Below, in pieces: positions 1 to 13,000 of a stretch of 64,000 nucleotides of DNA. This stretch comes from Auanema rhodensis (Eukaryota > Animalia > Nematoda). The stretch spans positions 20,212,001 through 20,276,000 of the forward strand of contig OZ059895.1 of NCBI GenBank assembly GCA_964057225.1, in the 5' to 3' direction. The notes below the pieces were generated by a model that was given only the letters and a program-made list of their open reading frames with translations, was not told the origin of the DNA and did not search any database. The translations under genes were made by a program, and so were the position numbers. Within the stretch, counting starts at the first letter, position 1. Each line of letters starts with the position of its first letter.

Positions 1-560
1 AACATACACTAATGCATCATTTTTCAAACGATCATAACTAATTTTTGTATTGAGCGTTTCTCAATGTAGTATAGTGCATTCGATGCGGATTTTTAAGCTG
101 CGTCGATCTTTGTTATCAGATTTGCGCTAGCTTAAAAATGCACCGAGATATCAACTGATATATGTTCACACTTATATCCTCGATTTTCACCCTGAAGAAA
201 TTATTTTTTCGTTGAATAACATTGTCCATCGTCTTTGCCTTGAAAAAAGGAATCTAAAAACATCTACTTCTTGCTAAATTATTTTGAAATTTTTCGAAAA
301 AATTTTTGTCAAAATGTTTTTGGAAGCAATGTTGAGTGTACATGGAAACAGATTTGCGCTAGCTTAAAAATGCACCGAGATATCAACTGATATATGTTCA
401 CACTTATATCCTCGATTTTCACCCTGAAGAAATTATTTTTTCGTTGAATAACATTGTCCATCGTCTTTGCCTTGAAAAAAGGAATCTAAAAACATCTACT
501 TCTTGCTAAATTATTTTGAAATTTTTCGAAAAAATTTTTGTCAAAATGTTTTTGGAAGCA

Positions 561-588
561 ATGTTGAGTGTACATGGAAACTCAACAT
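561..588. repeat. Perfect 9-bp inverted repeat (ATGTTGAGT-10 nt-ACTCAACAT), present in each full monomer
   Basis: 561-569 is the reverse complement of 580-588. Confidence 0.9.
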
Positions 589-656
589 ACACTAATGCAT
601 CATTTTTCAAACGATCATAACTAATTTTTGTATTGAGCGTTTCTCAATGTAGTATA

Positions 657-726
657 GTGCATTCGATGCGGATTTTTAAGCTGCGTCGATCTGTGTTATC
701 AGATTTGCGCTAGCTTAAAAATGCAC
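657..726. repeat. Long imperfect inverted repeat in each full monomer
   Basis: ATTTTTAAGCT (672-682) pairs with AGCTTAAAAAT (712-722). Inner pairings are GCG/CGC and ATCTG (689-693)/CAGAT (700-704), with loop TGTTAT. Outer pairing is GTGC (657-660)/GCAC (723-726). Confidence 0.88.
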
Positions 727-838
727 CGAGATATCAACTGATATATGTTCACACTTATATCCTCGATTTTCACCCTGAAGAAATTATTTTTTCGTTGAAT
801 AACATTGTCCATCGTCTTTGCCTTGAAAAAAGGAATCT

Positions 839-904
839 AAAAACATCTACTTCTTGCTAAATTATTTTGAAATTTTTCGAAAAAATTTTTGTCAAAATGT
901 TTTT
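839..904. repeat. A/T-tract dyad centred on TTTTTCGAAAAA
   Basis: Perfect 12-bp palindrome at 873-884, flanked by ATTTTGA (864-870)/TCAAAAT (892-898) and AAAAACAT (839-846)/ATGTTTTT (897-904). Confidence 0.8.
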
Positions 905-2696
905 GGAAGCAATGTTGAGTGTACATGGAAACTCAACATACACTAATGCATCATTTTTCAAACGATCATAACTAATTTTTGTATTGAGCGTTTCTCAATG
1001 TAGTATAGTGCATTCGATGCGGATTTTTAAGCTGCGTCGATCTGTGTTATCAGATTTGCGCTAGCTTAAAAATGCACCGAGATATCAACTGATATATGTT
1101 CACACTTATATCCTCGATTTTCACCCTGAAGAAATTATTTTTTCGTTGAATAACATTGTCCATCGTCTTTGCCTTGAAAAAAGGAATCTAAAAACATCTA
1201 CTTCTTGCTAAATTATTTTGAAATTTTTCGAAAAAATTTTTGTCAAAATGTTTTTGGAAGCAATGTTGAGTGTACATGGAAACTCAACATACACTAATGC
1301 ATCATTTTTCAAACGATCATAACTAATTTTTGTATTGAGCGTTTCTCAATGTAGTATAGTGCATTCGATGCGGATTTTTAAGCTGCGTCGATCTGTGTTA
1401 TCAGATTTGCGCTAGCTTAAAAATGCACCGAGATATCAACTGATATATGTTCACACTTATATCCTCGATTTTCACCCTGAAGAAATTATTTTTTCGTTGA
1501 ATAACATTGTCCATCGTCTTTGCCTTGAAAAAAGGAATCTAAAAACATCTACTTCTTGCTAAATTATTTTGAAATTTTTCGAAAAAATTTTTGTCAAAAT
1601 GTTTTTGGAAGCAATGTTGAGTGTACATGGAAACTCAACATACACTAATGCATCATTTTTCAAACGATCATAACTAATTTTTGTATTGAGCGTTTCTCAA
1701 TGTAGTATAGTGCATTCGATGCGGATTTTTAAGCTGCGTCGATCTGTGTTATCAGATTTGCGCTAGCTTAAAAATGCACCGAGATATCAACTGATATATG
1801 TTCACACTTATATCCTCGATTTTCACCCTGAAGAAATTATTTTTTCGTTGAATAACATTGTCCATCGTCTTTGCCTTGAAAAAAGGAATCTAAAAACATC
1901 TACTTCTTGCTAAATTATTTTGAAATTTTTCGAAAAAATTTTTGTCAAAATGTTTTTGGAAGCAATGTTGAGTGTACATGGAAACAGATTTGCGCTAGCT
2001 TAAAAATGCACCGAGATATCAACTGATATATGTTCACACTTATATCCTCGATTTTCACCCTGAAGAAATTATTTTTTCGTTGAATAACATTGTCCATCGT
2101 CTTTGCCTTGAAAAAAGGAATCTAAAAACATCTACTTCTTGCTAAATTATTTTGAAATTTTTCGAAAAAATTTTTGTCAAAATGTTTTTGGAAGCAATGT
2201 TGAGTGTACTTGGAAACTCAACATACACTAATGCATCATTTTTCAAACGATCATAACTAATTTTTGTATTGAGCGTTTCTCAATGTAGTATAGTGCATTC
2301 GATGCGGATTTTTAAGCTGCGTCGATCTGTGTTATCAGATTTGCGCTAGCTTAAAAATGCACCGAGATATCAACTGATATATGTTCACACTTATATCCTC
2401 GATTTTCACCCTGAAGAAATTATTTTTTCGTTGAATAACATTGTCCATCGTCTTTGCCTTGAAAAAAGGAATCTAAAAACATCTACTTCTTGCTAAATTA
2501 TTTTGAAATTTTTCGAAAAAATTTTTGTCAAAATGTTTTTGGAAGCAATGTTGAGTGTACATGGAAACTCAACATACACTAATGCATCATTTTTCAAACG
2601 ATCATAACTAATTTTTGTATTGAGCGTTTCTCAATGTAGTATAGTGCATTCGATGCGGATTTTTAAGCTGCGTCGATCTGTGTTATCAGATTTGCG

Positions 2697-2936
2697 CTAG
2701 CTTAAAAATGCACCGAGATATCAACTGATATATGTTCACACTTATATCCTCGATTTTCACCCTGAAGAAATTATTTTTTTGGAAGCAATGTTGAGTGTAC
2801 ATGGAAACTCAACATACACTAATGCATCATTTTTCAAACGATCATAACTAATTTTTGTATTGAGCGTTTCTCAATGTAGTATAGTGCATTCGATGCGGAT
2901 TTTTAAGCTGCGTCGATCTGTGTTATCAGATTTGCG
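2697..2936. repeat. Single 240-bp monomer with a 111-bp deletion
   Basis: At 2761-2790 the sequence reads cctgaagaaattatttttttggaagc, joining the T6 run after GAAATTA to the T5 run before GGAAGC. The offset is 20 versus 131 in a normal unit. Confidence 0.95.
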
Positions 2937-5900
2937 CTAGCTTAAAAATGCACCGAGATATCAACTGATATATGTTCACACTTATATCCTCGATTTTCAC
3001 CCTGAAGAAATTATTTTTTCGTTGAATAACATTGTCCATCGTCTTTGCCTTGAAAAAAGGAATCTAAAAACATCTACTTCTTGCTAAATTATTTTGAAAT
3101 TTTTCGAAAAAATTTTTGTCAAAATGTTTTTGGAAGCAATGTTGAGTGTACATGGAAACTCAACATACACTAATGCATCATTTTTCAAACGATCATAACT
3201 AATTTTTGTATTGAGCGTTTCTCAATGTAGTATAGTGCATTCGATGCGGATTTTTAAGCTGCGTCGATCTGTGTTATCAGATTTGCGCTAGCTTAAAAAT
3301 GCACCGAGATATCAACTGATATATGTTCACACTTATATCCTCGATTTTCACCCTGAAGAAATTATTTTTTCGTTGAATAACATTGTCCATCGTCTTTGCC
3401 TTGAAAAAAGGAATCTAAAAACATCTACTTCTTGCTAAATTATTTTGAAATTTTTCGAAAAAATTTTTGTCAAAATGTTTTTGGAAGCAATGTTGAGTGT
3501 ACATGGAAACAGATTTGCGCTAGCTTAAAAATGCACCGAGATATCAACTGATATATGTTCACACTTATATCCTCGATTTTCACCCTGAAGAAATTATTTT
3601 TTCGTTGAATAACATTGTCCATCGTCTTTGCCTTGAAAAAAGGAATCTAAAAACATCTACTTCTTGCTAAATTATTTTGAAATTTTTCGAAAAAATTTTT
3701 GTCAAAATGTTTTTGGAAGCAATGTTGAGTGTACTTGGAAACTCAACATACACTAATGCATCATTTTTCAAACGATCATAACTAATTTTTGTATTGAGCG
3801 TTTCTCAATGTAGTATAGTGCATTCGATGCGGATTTTTAAGCTGCGTCGATCTGTGTTATCAGATTTGCGCTAGCTTAAAAATGCACCGAGATATCAACT
3901 GATATATGTTCACACTTATATCCTCGATTTTCACCCTGAAGAAATTATTTTTTCGTTGAATAACATTGTCCATCGTCTTTGCCTTGAAAAAAGGAATCTA
4001 AAAACATCTACTTCTTGCTAAATTATTTTGAAATTTTTCGAAAAAATTTTTGTCAAAATGTTTTTGGAAGCAATGTTGAGTGTACATGGAAACTCAACAT
4101 ACACTAATGCATCATTTTTCAAACGATCATAACTAATTTTTGTATTGAGCGTTTCTCAATGTAGTATAGTGCATTCGATGCGGATTTTTAAGCTGCGTCG
4201 ATCTGTGTTATCAGATTTGCGCTAGCTTAAAAATGCACCGAGATATCAACTGATATATGTTCACACTTTTATCCTCGATTTTCACCCTGAAGAAATTATT
4301 TTTTCGTTGAATAACATTGTCCATCGTCTTTGCCTTGAAAAAAGGAATCTAAAAACATCTACTTCTTGCTAAATTATTTTGAAATTTTTCGAAAAAATTT
4401 TTGTCAAAATGTTTTTGGAAGCAATGTTGAGTGTACATGGAAACTCAACATACACTAATGCATCATTTTTCAAACGATCATAACTAATTTTTGTATTAAG
4501 CGTTTCTCGATGTAGTATAGTGCATTCGATGCGGATTTTTAAGCTGCGTCGATCTGTGTTATCAGATTTGCTCTAGCTTAAAAATGCACCGAGATATCAA
4601 CTGATATATGTTCACACTTATATCCTCGATTTTCACCCTGAAGAAATTATTTTTTCGTTGAATAACATTGTCCATCGTGTTTGCCTTGAAAAAAGGAATC
4701 TAAAAACATCTACTTCTTGCTAAATTATTTTGAAATTTTTCGAAAAAATTTTTGTCAAAATGTTTTTGGAAGCAATGTTGAGTGTACATGGAAACTCAAC
4801 ATACACTAATGCATCATTTTTCAAACGATCATAACTAATTTTTGTATTGAGCGTTTCTCAATGTAGTATAGTGCATTCGATGCGGATTTTTAAGCTGCGT
4901 CGATCTGTGTTATCAGATTTGCGCTAGCTTAAAAATGCACCGAGATATCAACTGATATATGTTCACACTTATATCCTCGATTTTCACCCTGAAGAAATTA
5001 TTTTTTCGTTGAATAACATTGTCCATCGTCTTTGCCTTGAAAAAAGGAATCTAAAAACATCTACTTCTTGCTAAATTATTTTGAAATTTTTCGAAAAAAT
5101 TTTTGTCAAAATGTTTTTGGAAGCAATGTTGAGTGTACATGGAAACTCAACATACACTAATGCATCATTTTTCAAACGATCATAACTAATTTTTGTATTG
5201 AGCGTTTTTCAATGTAGTATAGTGCATTCGATGCGGATTTTTAAGCTGCGTCGATCTGTGTTATCAGATTTGCGCTAGCTTAAAAATGCACCGAGATATC
5301 AACTGATATATGTTCACACTTATATCCTCGATTTTCACCCTGAAGAAATTATTTTTTCGTTGAATAACATTGTCCATCGTCTTTGCCTTGAAAAAAGGAA
5401 TCTAAAAACATCTACTTCTTGCTAAATTATTTTGAAATTTTTCGAAAAAATTTTTGTCAAAATGTTTTTGGAAGCAATGTTGAGTGTACATGGAAACTCA
5501 ACATACACTAATGCATCATTTTTCAAACGATCATAACTAATTTTTGTATTGAGCGTTTCTCAATGTAGTATAGTGCATTCGATGCGGATTTTTAAGCTGC
5601 GTCGATCTGTGTTATCAGATTTGCGCTAGCTTAAAAATGCACCGAGATATCAACTGATATATGTTCACACTTATATCCTCGATTTTCACCCTGAAGAAAT
5701 TATTTTTTCGTTGAATAACATTGTCCATCGTCTTTGCCTTGAAAAAAGGAATCTAAAAACATCTACTTCTTGCTAAATTATTTTGAAATTTTTCGAAAAA
5801 ATTTTTGTCAAAATGTTTTTGGAAGCAATGTTGAGTGTACATGGAAACAGATTTGCGCTAGCTTAAAAATGCACCGAGATATCAACTGATATATGTTCAC

Positions 5901-7016
5901 ACTTATATCCTCGATTTTCACCCTGAAGAAATTATTTTTTCGTTGAATAACATTGTCCATCGTCTTTGCCTTGAAAAAAGGAATCTAAAAACATCTACTT
6001 CTTGCTAAATTATTTTGAAATTTTTCGAAAAAATTTTTGTCAAAATGTTTTTGGAAGCAATGTTGAGTGTACATGGAAACTCAACATACACTAATGCATC
6101 ATTTTTCAAACGATCATAACTAATTTTTGTATTGAGCGTTTCTCAATGTAGTATAGTGCATTCGATGCGGATTTTTAAGCTGCGTCGATCTGTGTTATCA
6201 GATTTGCGCTAGCTTAAAAATGCACCGAGATATCAACTGATATATGTTCACACTTATATCCTCGATTTTCACCCTGAAGAAATTATTTTTTCGTTGAATA
6301 ACATTGTCCATCGTCTTTGCCTTGAAAAAAGGAATCTAAAAACATCTACTTCTTGCTAAATTATTTTGAAATTTTTCGAAAAAATTTTTGTCAAAATGTT
6401 TTTGGAAGCAATGTTGAGTGTACATGGAAACTCAACATACACTAATGCATCATTTTTCAAACGATCATAACTAATTTTTGTATTGAGCGTTTTTCAATGT
6501 AGTATAGTGCATTCGATGCGGATTTTTAAGCTGCGTCGATCTGTGTTATCAGATTTGCGCTAGCTTAAAAATGCACCGAGATATCAACTGATATATGTTC
6601 ACACTTATATCCTCGATTTTCACCCTGAAGAAATTATTTTTTCGTTGAATAACATTGTCCATCGTCTTTGCCTTGAAAAAAGGAATCTAAAAACATCTAC
6701 TTCTTGCTAAATTATTTTGAAATTTTTCGAAAAAATTTTTGTCAAAATGTTTTTGGAAGCAATGTTGAGTGTACATGGAAACTCAACATACACTAATGCA
6801 TCATTTTTCAAACGATCATAACTAATTTTTGTATTAAGCGTTTCTCAATGTAGTATAGTGCATTCGATGCGGATTTTTAAGCTGCGTCGATCTGTGTTAT
6901 CAGATTTGCTCTAGCTTAAAAATGCACCGAGATATCAACTGATATATGTTCACACTTATATCCTCGATTTTCACCCTGAAGAAATTATTTTTTCGTTGAA
7001 TAACATTGTCCATCGT

Positions 7017-10000
7017 GTTTGCCTTGAAAAAAGGAATCTAAAAACATCTACTTCTTGCTAAATTATTTTGAAATTTTTCGAAAAAATTTTTGTCAAAATG
7101 TTTTTGGAAGCAATGTTGAGTGTACATGGAAACTCAACATACACTAATGCATCATTTTTCAAACGATCATAACTAATTTTTGTATTGAGCGTTTCTCAAT
7201 GTAGTATAGTGCATTCGATGCGGATTTTTAAGCTGCGTCGATCTGTGTTATCAGATTTGCGCTAGCTTAAAAATGCACCGAGATATCAACTGATATATGT
7301 TCACACTTATATCCTCGATTTTCACCCTGAAGAAATTATTTTTTCGTTGAATAACATTGTCCATCGTCTTTGCCTTGAAAAAAGGAAACTAAAAACATCT
7401 ACTTCTTGCTAAATTATTTTGAAATTTTTCGAAAAAATTTTTGTCAAAATGTTTTTGGAAGCAATGTTGAGTGTACATGGAAACTCAACATACACTAATG
7501 CATCATTTTTCAAACGATCATAACTAATTTTTGTATTGAGCGTTTCTCAATGTAGTATAGTGCATTCGATGCGGATTTTTAAGCTGCGTCGATCTGTGTT
7601 ATCAGATTTGCGCTAGCTTAAAAATGCACCGAGATATCAACTGATATATGTTCACACTTATATCCTCGATTTTCACCCTGAAGAAATTATTTTTTCGTTG
7701 AATAACATTGTCCATCGTCTTTGCCTTGAAAAAAGGAATCTAAAAACATCTACTTCTTGCTAAATTATTTTGAAATTTTTCGAAAAAATTTTTGTCAAAA
7801 TGTTTTTGGAAGCAATGTTGAGTGTACATGGAAACTCAACATACACTAATGCATCATTTTTCAAACGATCATAACTAATTTTTGTATTGAGCGTTTTTCA
7901 ATGTAGTATAGTGCATTCGATGCGGATTTTTAAGCTGCGTCGATCTGTGTTATCAGATTTGCGCTAGCTTAAAATAGCACCGAGATATCAACTGATATAT
8001 GTTCACACTTATATCCTCGATTTTCACCCTGAAGAAATTATTTTTTCGTTGAATAACATTGTCCATCGTCTTTGCCTTGAAAAAAGGAATCTAAAAACAT
8101 CTACTTCTTGCTAAATTATTTTGAAATTTTTCGAAAAAATTTTTGTCAAAATGTTTTTGGAAGCAATGTTGAGTGTACATGGAAACTCAACATACACTAA
8201 TGCATCATTTTTCAAACGATCATAACTAATTTTTGTATTGAGCGTTTCTCAATGTAGTATAGTGCATTCGATGCGGATTTTTAAGCTGCGTCGATCTGTG
8301 TTATCAGATTTGCGCTAGCTTAAAAATGCACCGAGATATCAACTGATATATGTTCACACTTATATCCTCGATTTTCACCCTGAAGAAATTATTTTTTCGT
8401 TGAATAACATTGTCCATCGTCTTTGCCTTGAAAAAAGGAATCTAAAAACATCTACTTCTTGCTAAATTATTTTGAAATTTTTCGAAAAAATTTTTGTCAA
8501 AATGTTTTTGGAAGCAATGTTGAGTGTACATGGAAACTCAACATACACTAATGCATCATTTTTCAAACGATCATAACTAATTTTTGTATTGAGCGTTTCT
8601 CAATGTAGTATAGTGCATTCGATGCGGATTTTTAAGCTGCGTCGATCTGTGTTATCAGATTTGCGCTAGCTTAAAAATGCACCGAGATATCAACTGATAT
8701 ATGTTCACACTTATATCCTCGATTTTCACCCTGAAGAAATTATTTTTTCGTTGAATAACATTGTCCATCGTCTTTGCCTTGAAAAAAGGAATCTAAAAAC
8801 ATCTACTTCTTGCTAAATTATTTTGAAATTTTTCGAAAAAATTTTTGTCAAAATGTTTTTGGAAGCAATGTTGAGTGTACATGGAAACTCAACATACACT
8901 AATGCATCATTTTTCAAACGATCATAACTAATTTTTGTATTGAGCGTTTCTCAATGTAGTATAGTGCATTCGATGCGGATTTTTAAGCTGCGTCGATCTG
9001 TGTTATCAGATTTGCGCTAGCTTAAAAATGCACCGAGATATCAACTGATATATGTTCACACTTATATCCTCGATTTTCACCCTGAAGAAATTATTTTTTC
9101 GTTGAATAACATTGTCCATCGTCTTTGCCTTGAAAAAAGGAATCTAAAAACATCTACTTCTTGCTAAATTATTTTGAAATTTTTCGAAAAAATTTTTGTC
9201 AAAATGTTTTTGGAAGCAATGTTGAGTGTACATGGAAACTCAACATACACTAATGCATCATTTTTCAAACGATCATAACTAATTTTTGTATTGAGCGTTT
9301 CTCAATGTAGTATAGTGCATTCGATGCGGATTTTTAAGCTGCGTCGATCTGTGTTATCAGATTTGCGCTAGCTTAAAAATGCACCGAGATATCAACTGAT
9401 ATATGTTCACACTTATATCCTCGATTTTCACCCTGAAGAAATTATTTTTTCGTTGAATAACATTGTCCATCGTCTTTGCCTTGAAAAAAGGAATCTAAAA
9501 ACATCTACTTCTTGCTAAATTATTTTGAAATTTTTCGAAAAAATTTTTGTCAAAATGTTTTTGGAAGCAATGTTGAGTGTACATGGAAACTCAACATACA
9601 CTAATGCATCATTTTTCAAACGATCATAACTAATTTTTGTATTGAGCGTTTCTCAATGTAGTATAGTGCATTCGATGCGGATTTTTAAGCTGCGTCGATC
9701 TGTGTTATCAGATTTGCGCTAGCTTAAAAATGCACCGAGATATCAACTGATATATGTTCACACTTATATCCTCGATTTTCACCCTGAAGAAATTATTTTT
9801 TCGTTGAATAACATTGTCCATCGTCTTTGCCTTGAAAAAAGGAATCTAAAAACATCTACTTCTTGCTAAATTATTTTGAAATTTTTCGAAAAAATTTTTG
9901 TCAAAATGTTTTTGGAAGCAATGTTGAGTGTACATGGAAACAGATTTGCGCTAGCTTAAAAATGCACCGAGATATCAACTGATATATGTTCACACTTATA

Positions 10001-13000
10001 TCCTCGATTTTCACCCTGAAGAAATTATTTTTTCGTTGAATAACATTGTCCATCGTCTTTGCCTTGAAAAAAGGAATCTAAAAACATCTACTTCTTGCTA
10101 AATTATTTTGAAATTTTTCGAAAAAATTTTTGTCAAAATGTTTTTGGAAGCAATGTTGAGTGTACATGGAAACTCAACATACACTAATGCATCATTTTTC
10201 AAACGATCATAACTAATTTTTGTATTGAGCGTTTCTCAATGTAGTATAGTGCATTCGATGCGGATTTTTAAGCTGCGTCGATCTGTGTTATCAGATTTGC
10301 GCTAGCTTAAAAATGCACCGAGATATCAACTGATATATGTTCACACTTATATCCTCGATTTTCACCCTGAAGAAATTATTTTTTCGTTGAATAACATTGT
10401 CCATCGTCTTTGCCTTGAAAAAAGGAATCTAAAAACATCTACTTCTTGCTAAATTATTTTGAAATTTTTCGAAAAAATTTTTGTCAAAATGTTTTTGGAA
10501 GCAATGTTGAGTGTACATGGAAACTCAACATACACTAATGCATCATTTTTCAAACGATCATAACTAATTTTTGTATTGAGCGTTTCTCAATGTAGTATAG
10601 TGCATTCGATGCGGATTTTTAAGCTGCGTCGATCTGTGTTATCAGATTTGCGCTAGCTTAAAAATGCACCGAGATATCAACTGATATATGTTCACACTTA
10701 TATCCTCGATTTTCACCCTGAAGAAATTATTTTTTCGTTGAATAACATTGTCCATCGTCTTTGCCTTGAAAAAAGGAATCTAAATACATCTACTTCTTGC
10801 TAAATTATTTTGAAATTTTTCGAAAAAATTTTTGTCAAAATGTTTTTGGAAGCAATGTTGAGTGTACATGGAAACTCAACATACACTAATGCATCATTTT
10901 TCAAACGATCATAACTAATTTTTGTATTGAGCGTTTCTCAATGTAGTATAGTGCATTCGATGCGGATTTTTAAGCTGCGTCGATCTGTGTTATCAGATTT
11001 GCGCTAGCTTAAAAATGCACCGAGATATCAACTGATATATGTTCACACTTATATCCTCGATTTTCACCCTGAAGAAATTATTTTTTCGTTGAATAACATT
11101 GTCCATCGTCTTTGCCTTGAAAAAAGGAATCTAAAAACATCTACTTCTTGCTAAATTATTTTGAAATTTTTCGAAAAAATTTTTGTCAAAATGTTTTTGG
11201 AAGCAATGTTGAGTGTACATGGAAACTCAACATACACTAATGCATCATTTTTCAAACGATCATAACTAATTTTTGTATTGAGCGTTTCTCAATGTAGTAT
11301 AGTGCATTCGATGCGGATTTTTAAGCTGCGTCGATCTGTGTTATCAGATTTGCGCTAGCTTAAAAATGCACCGAGATATCAACTGATATATGTTCACACT
11401 TATATCCTCGATTTTCACCCTGAAGAAATTATTTTTTCGTTGAATAACATTGTCCATCGTCTTTGCCTTGAAAAAAGGAATCTAAAAACATCTACTTCTT
11501 GCTAAATTATTTTGAAATTTTTCGAAAAAATTTTTGTCAAAATGTTTTTGGAAGCAATGTTGAGTGTACATGGAAACTCAACATACACTAATGCATCATT
11601 TTTCAAACGATCATAACTAATTTTTGTATTGAGCGTTTCTCAATGTAGTATAGTGCATTCGATGCGGATTTTTAAGCTGCGTCGATCTGTGTTATCAGAT
11701 TTGCGCTAGCTTAAAAATGCACCGAGATATCAACTGATATATGTTCACACTTATATCCTCGATTTTCACCCTGAAGAAATTATTTTTTCGTTGAATAACA
11801 TTGTCCATCGTCTTTGCCTTGAAAAAAGGAATCTAAAAACATCTACTTCTTGCTAAATTATTTTGAAATTTTTCGAAAAAATTTTTGTCAAAATGTTTTT
11901 GGAAGCAATGTTGAGTGTACATGGAAACTCAACATACACTAATGCATCATTTTTCAAACGATCATAACTAATTTTTGTATTGAGCGTTTCTCAATGTAGT
12001 ATAGTGCATTCGATGCGGATTTTTAAGCTGCGTCGATCTGTGTTATCAGATTTGCGCTAGCTTAAAAATGCACCGAGATATCAACTGATATATGTTCACA
12101 CTTATATCCTCGATTTTCACCCTGAAGAAATTATTTTTTCGTTGAATAACATTGTCCATCGTCTTTGCCTTGAAAAAAGGAATCTAAATACATCTACTTC
12201 TTGCTAAATTATTTTGAAATTTTTCGAAAAAATTTTTGTCAAAATGTTTTTGGAAGCAATGTTGAGTGTACATGGAAACTCAACATACACTAATGCATCA
12301 TTTTTCAAACGATCATAACTAATTTTTGTATTGAGCGTTTCTCAATGTAGTATAGTGCATTCGATGCGGATTTTTAAGCTGCGTCGATCTGTGTTATCAG
12401 ATTTGCGCTAGCTTAAAAATGCACCGAGATATCAACTGATATATGTTCACACTTATATCCTCGATTTTCACCCTGAAGAAATTATTTTTTCGTTGAATAA
12501 CATTGTCCATCGTCTTTGCCTTGAAAAAAGGAATCTAAAAACATCTACTTCTTGCTAAATTATTTTGAAATTTTTCGAAAAAATTTTTGTCAAAATGTTT
12601 TTGGAAGCAATGTTGAGTGTACATGGAAACTCAACATACACTAATGCATCATTTTTCAAACGATCATAACTAATTTTTGTATTGAGCGTTTCTCAATGTA
12701 GTATAGTGCATTCGATGCGGATTTTTAAGCTGCGTCGATCTGTGTTATCAGATTTGCGCTAGCTTAAAAATGCACCGAGATATCAACTGATATATGTTCA
12801 CACTTATATCCTCGATTTTCACCCTGAAGAAATTATTTTTTCGTTGAATAACATTGTCCATCGTCTTTGCCTTGAAAAAAGGAATCTAAAAACATCTACT
12901 TCTTGCTAAATTATTTTGAAATTTTTCGAAAAAATTTTTGTCAAAATGTTTTTGGAAGCAATGTTGAGTGTACATGGAAACAGATTTGCGCTAGCTTAAA

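Larger units (their letters stand above)
581..931. repeat. Reference full-length monomer (family A consensus), 351 bp
   Basis: 112/351 G+C. Contains NsiI ATGCAT, NheI GCTAGC, EcoRV GATATC, BstBI TTCGAA and BsrGI TGTACA sites and many A/T tracts. Most units from 1-39 kb appear identical to it. Confidence 0.97.

Noticed and set aside
790-806. CENP-B box-like TTTCGTTGAATAACATT
   Set aside because: It matches the TTCG....A half of NTTCGNNNNANNCGGGN but lacks the essential CGGG.
785-880. Hammerhead ribozyme (CTGAAGA matches CUGANGA, with downstream GAAA), as known in newt, schistosome and cave-cricket satellites
   Set aside because: No stem II closes between CTGAAGA and either downstream GAAA, and no stems I/III with an NUH site were found. 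The minus strand has only CTGATAA. An Infernal or RNAMotif search would settle it.
581-931. Internal 3 x 117-bp or 2 x 175-bp subunit structure, suggested by 351 = 3 x 117 and the 119/111-bp deletions
   Set aside because: No visible direct similarity between thirds or halves, and the two deletions do not define a common register. A sensitive self-alignment could still reveal ancient subunits.
581-931. Assignment to a named satellite of similar size (Drosophila 359-bp 1.688, Tribolium 340-360-bp satellites)
   Set aside because: Only length and AT richness are similar; I cannot confirm sequence identity without a search.
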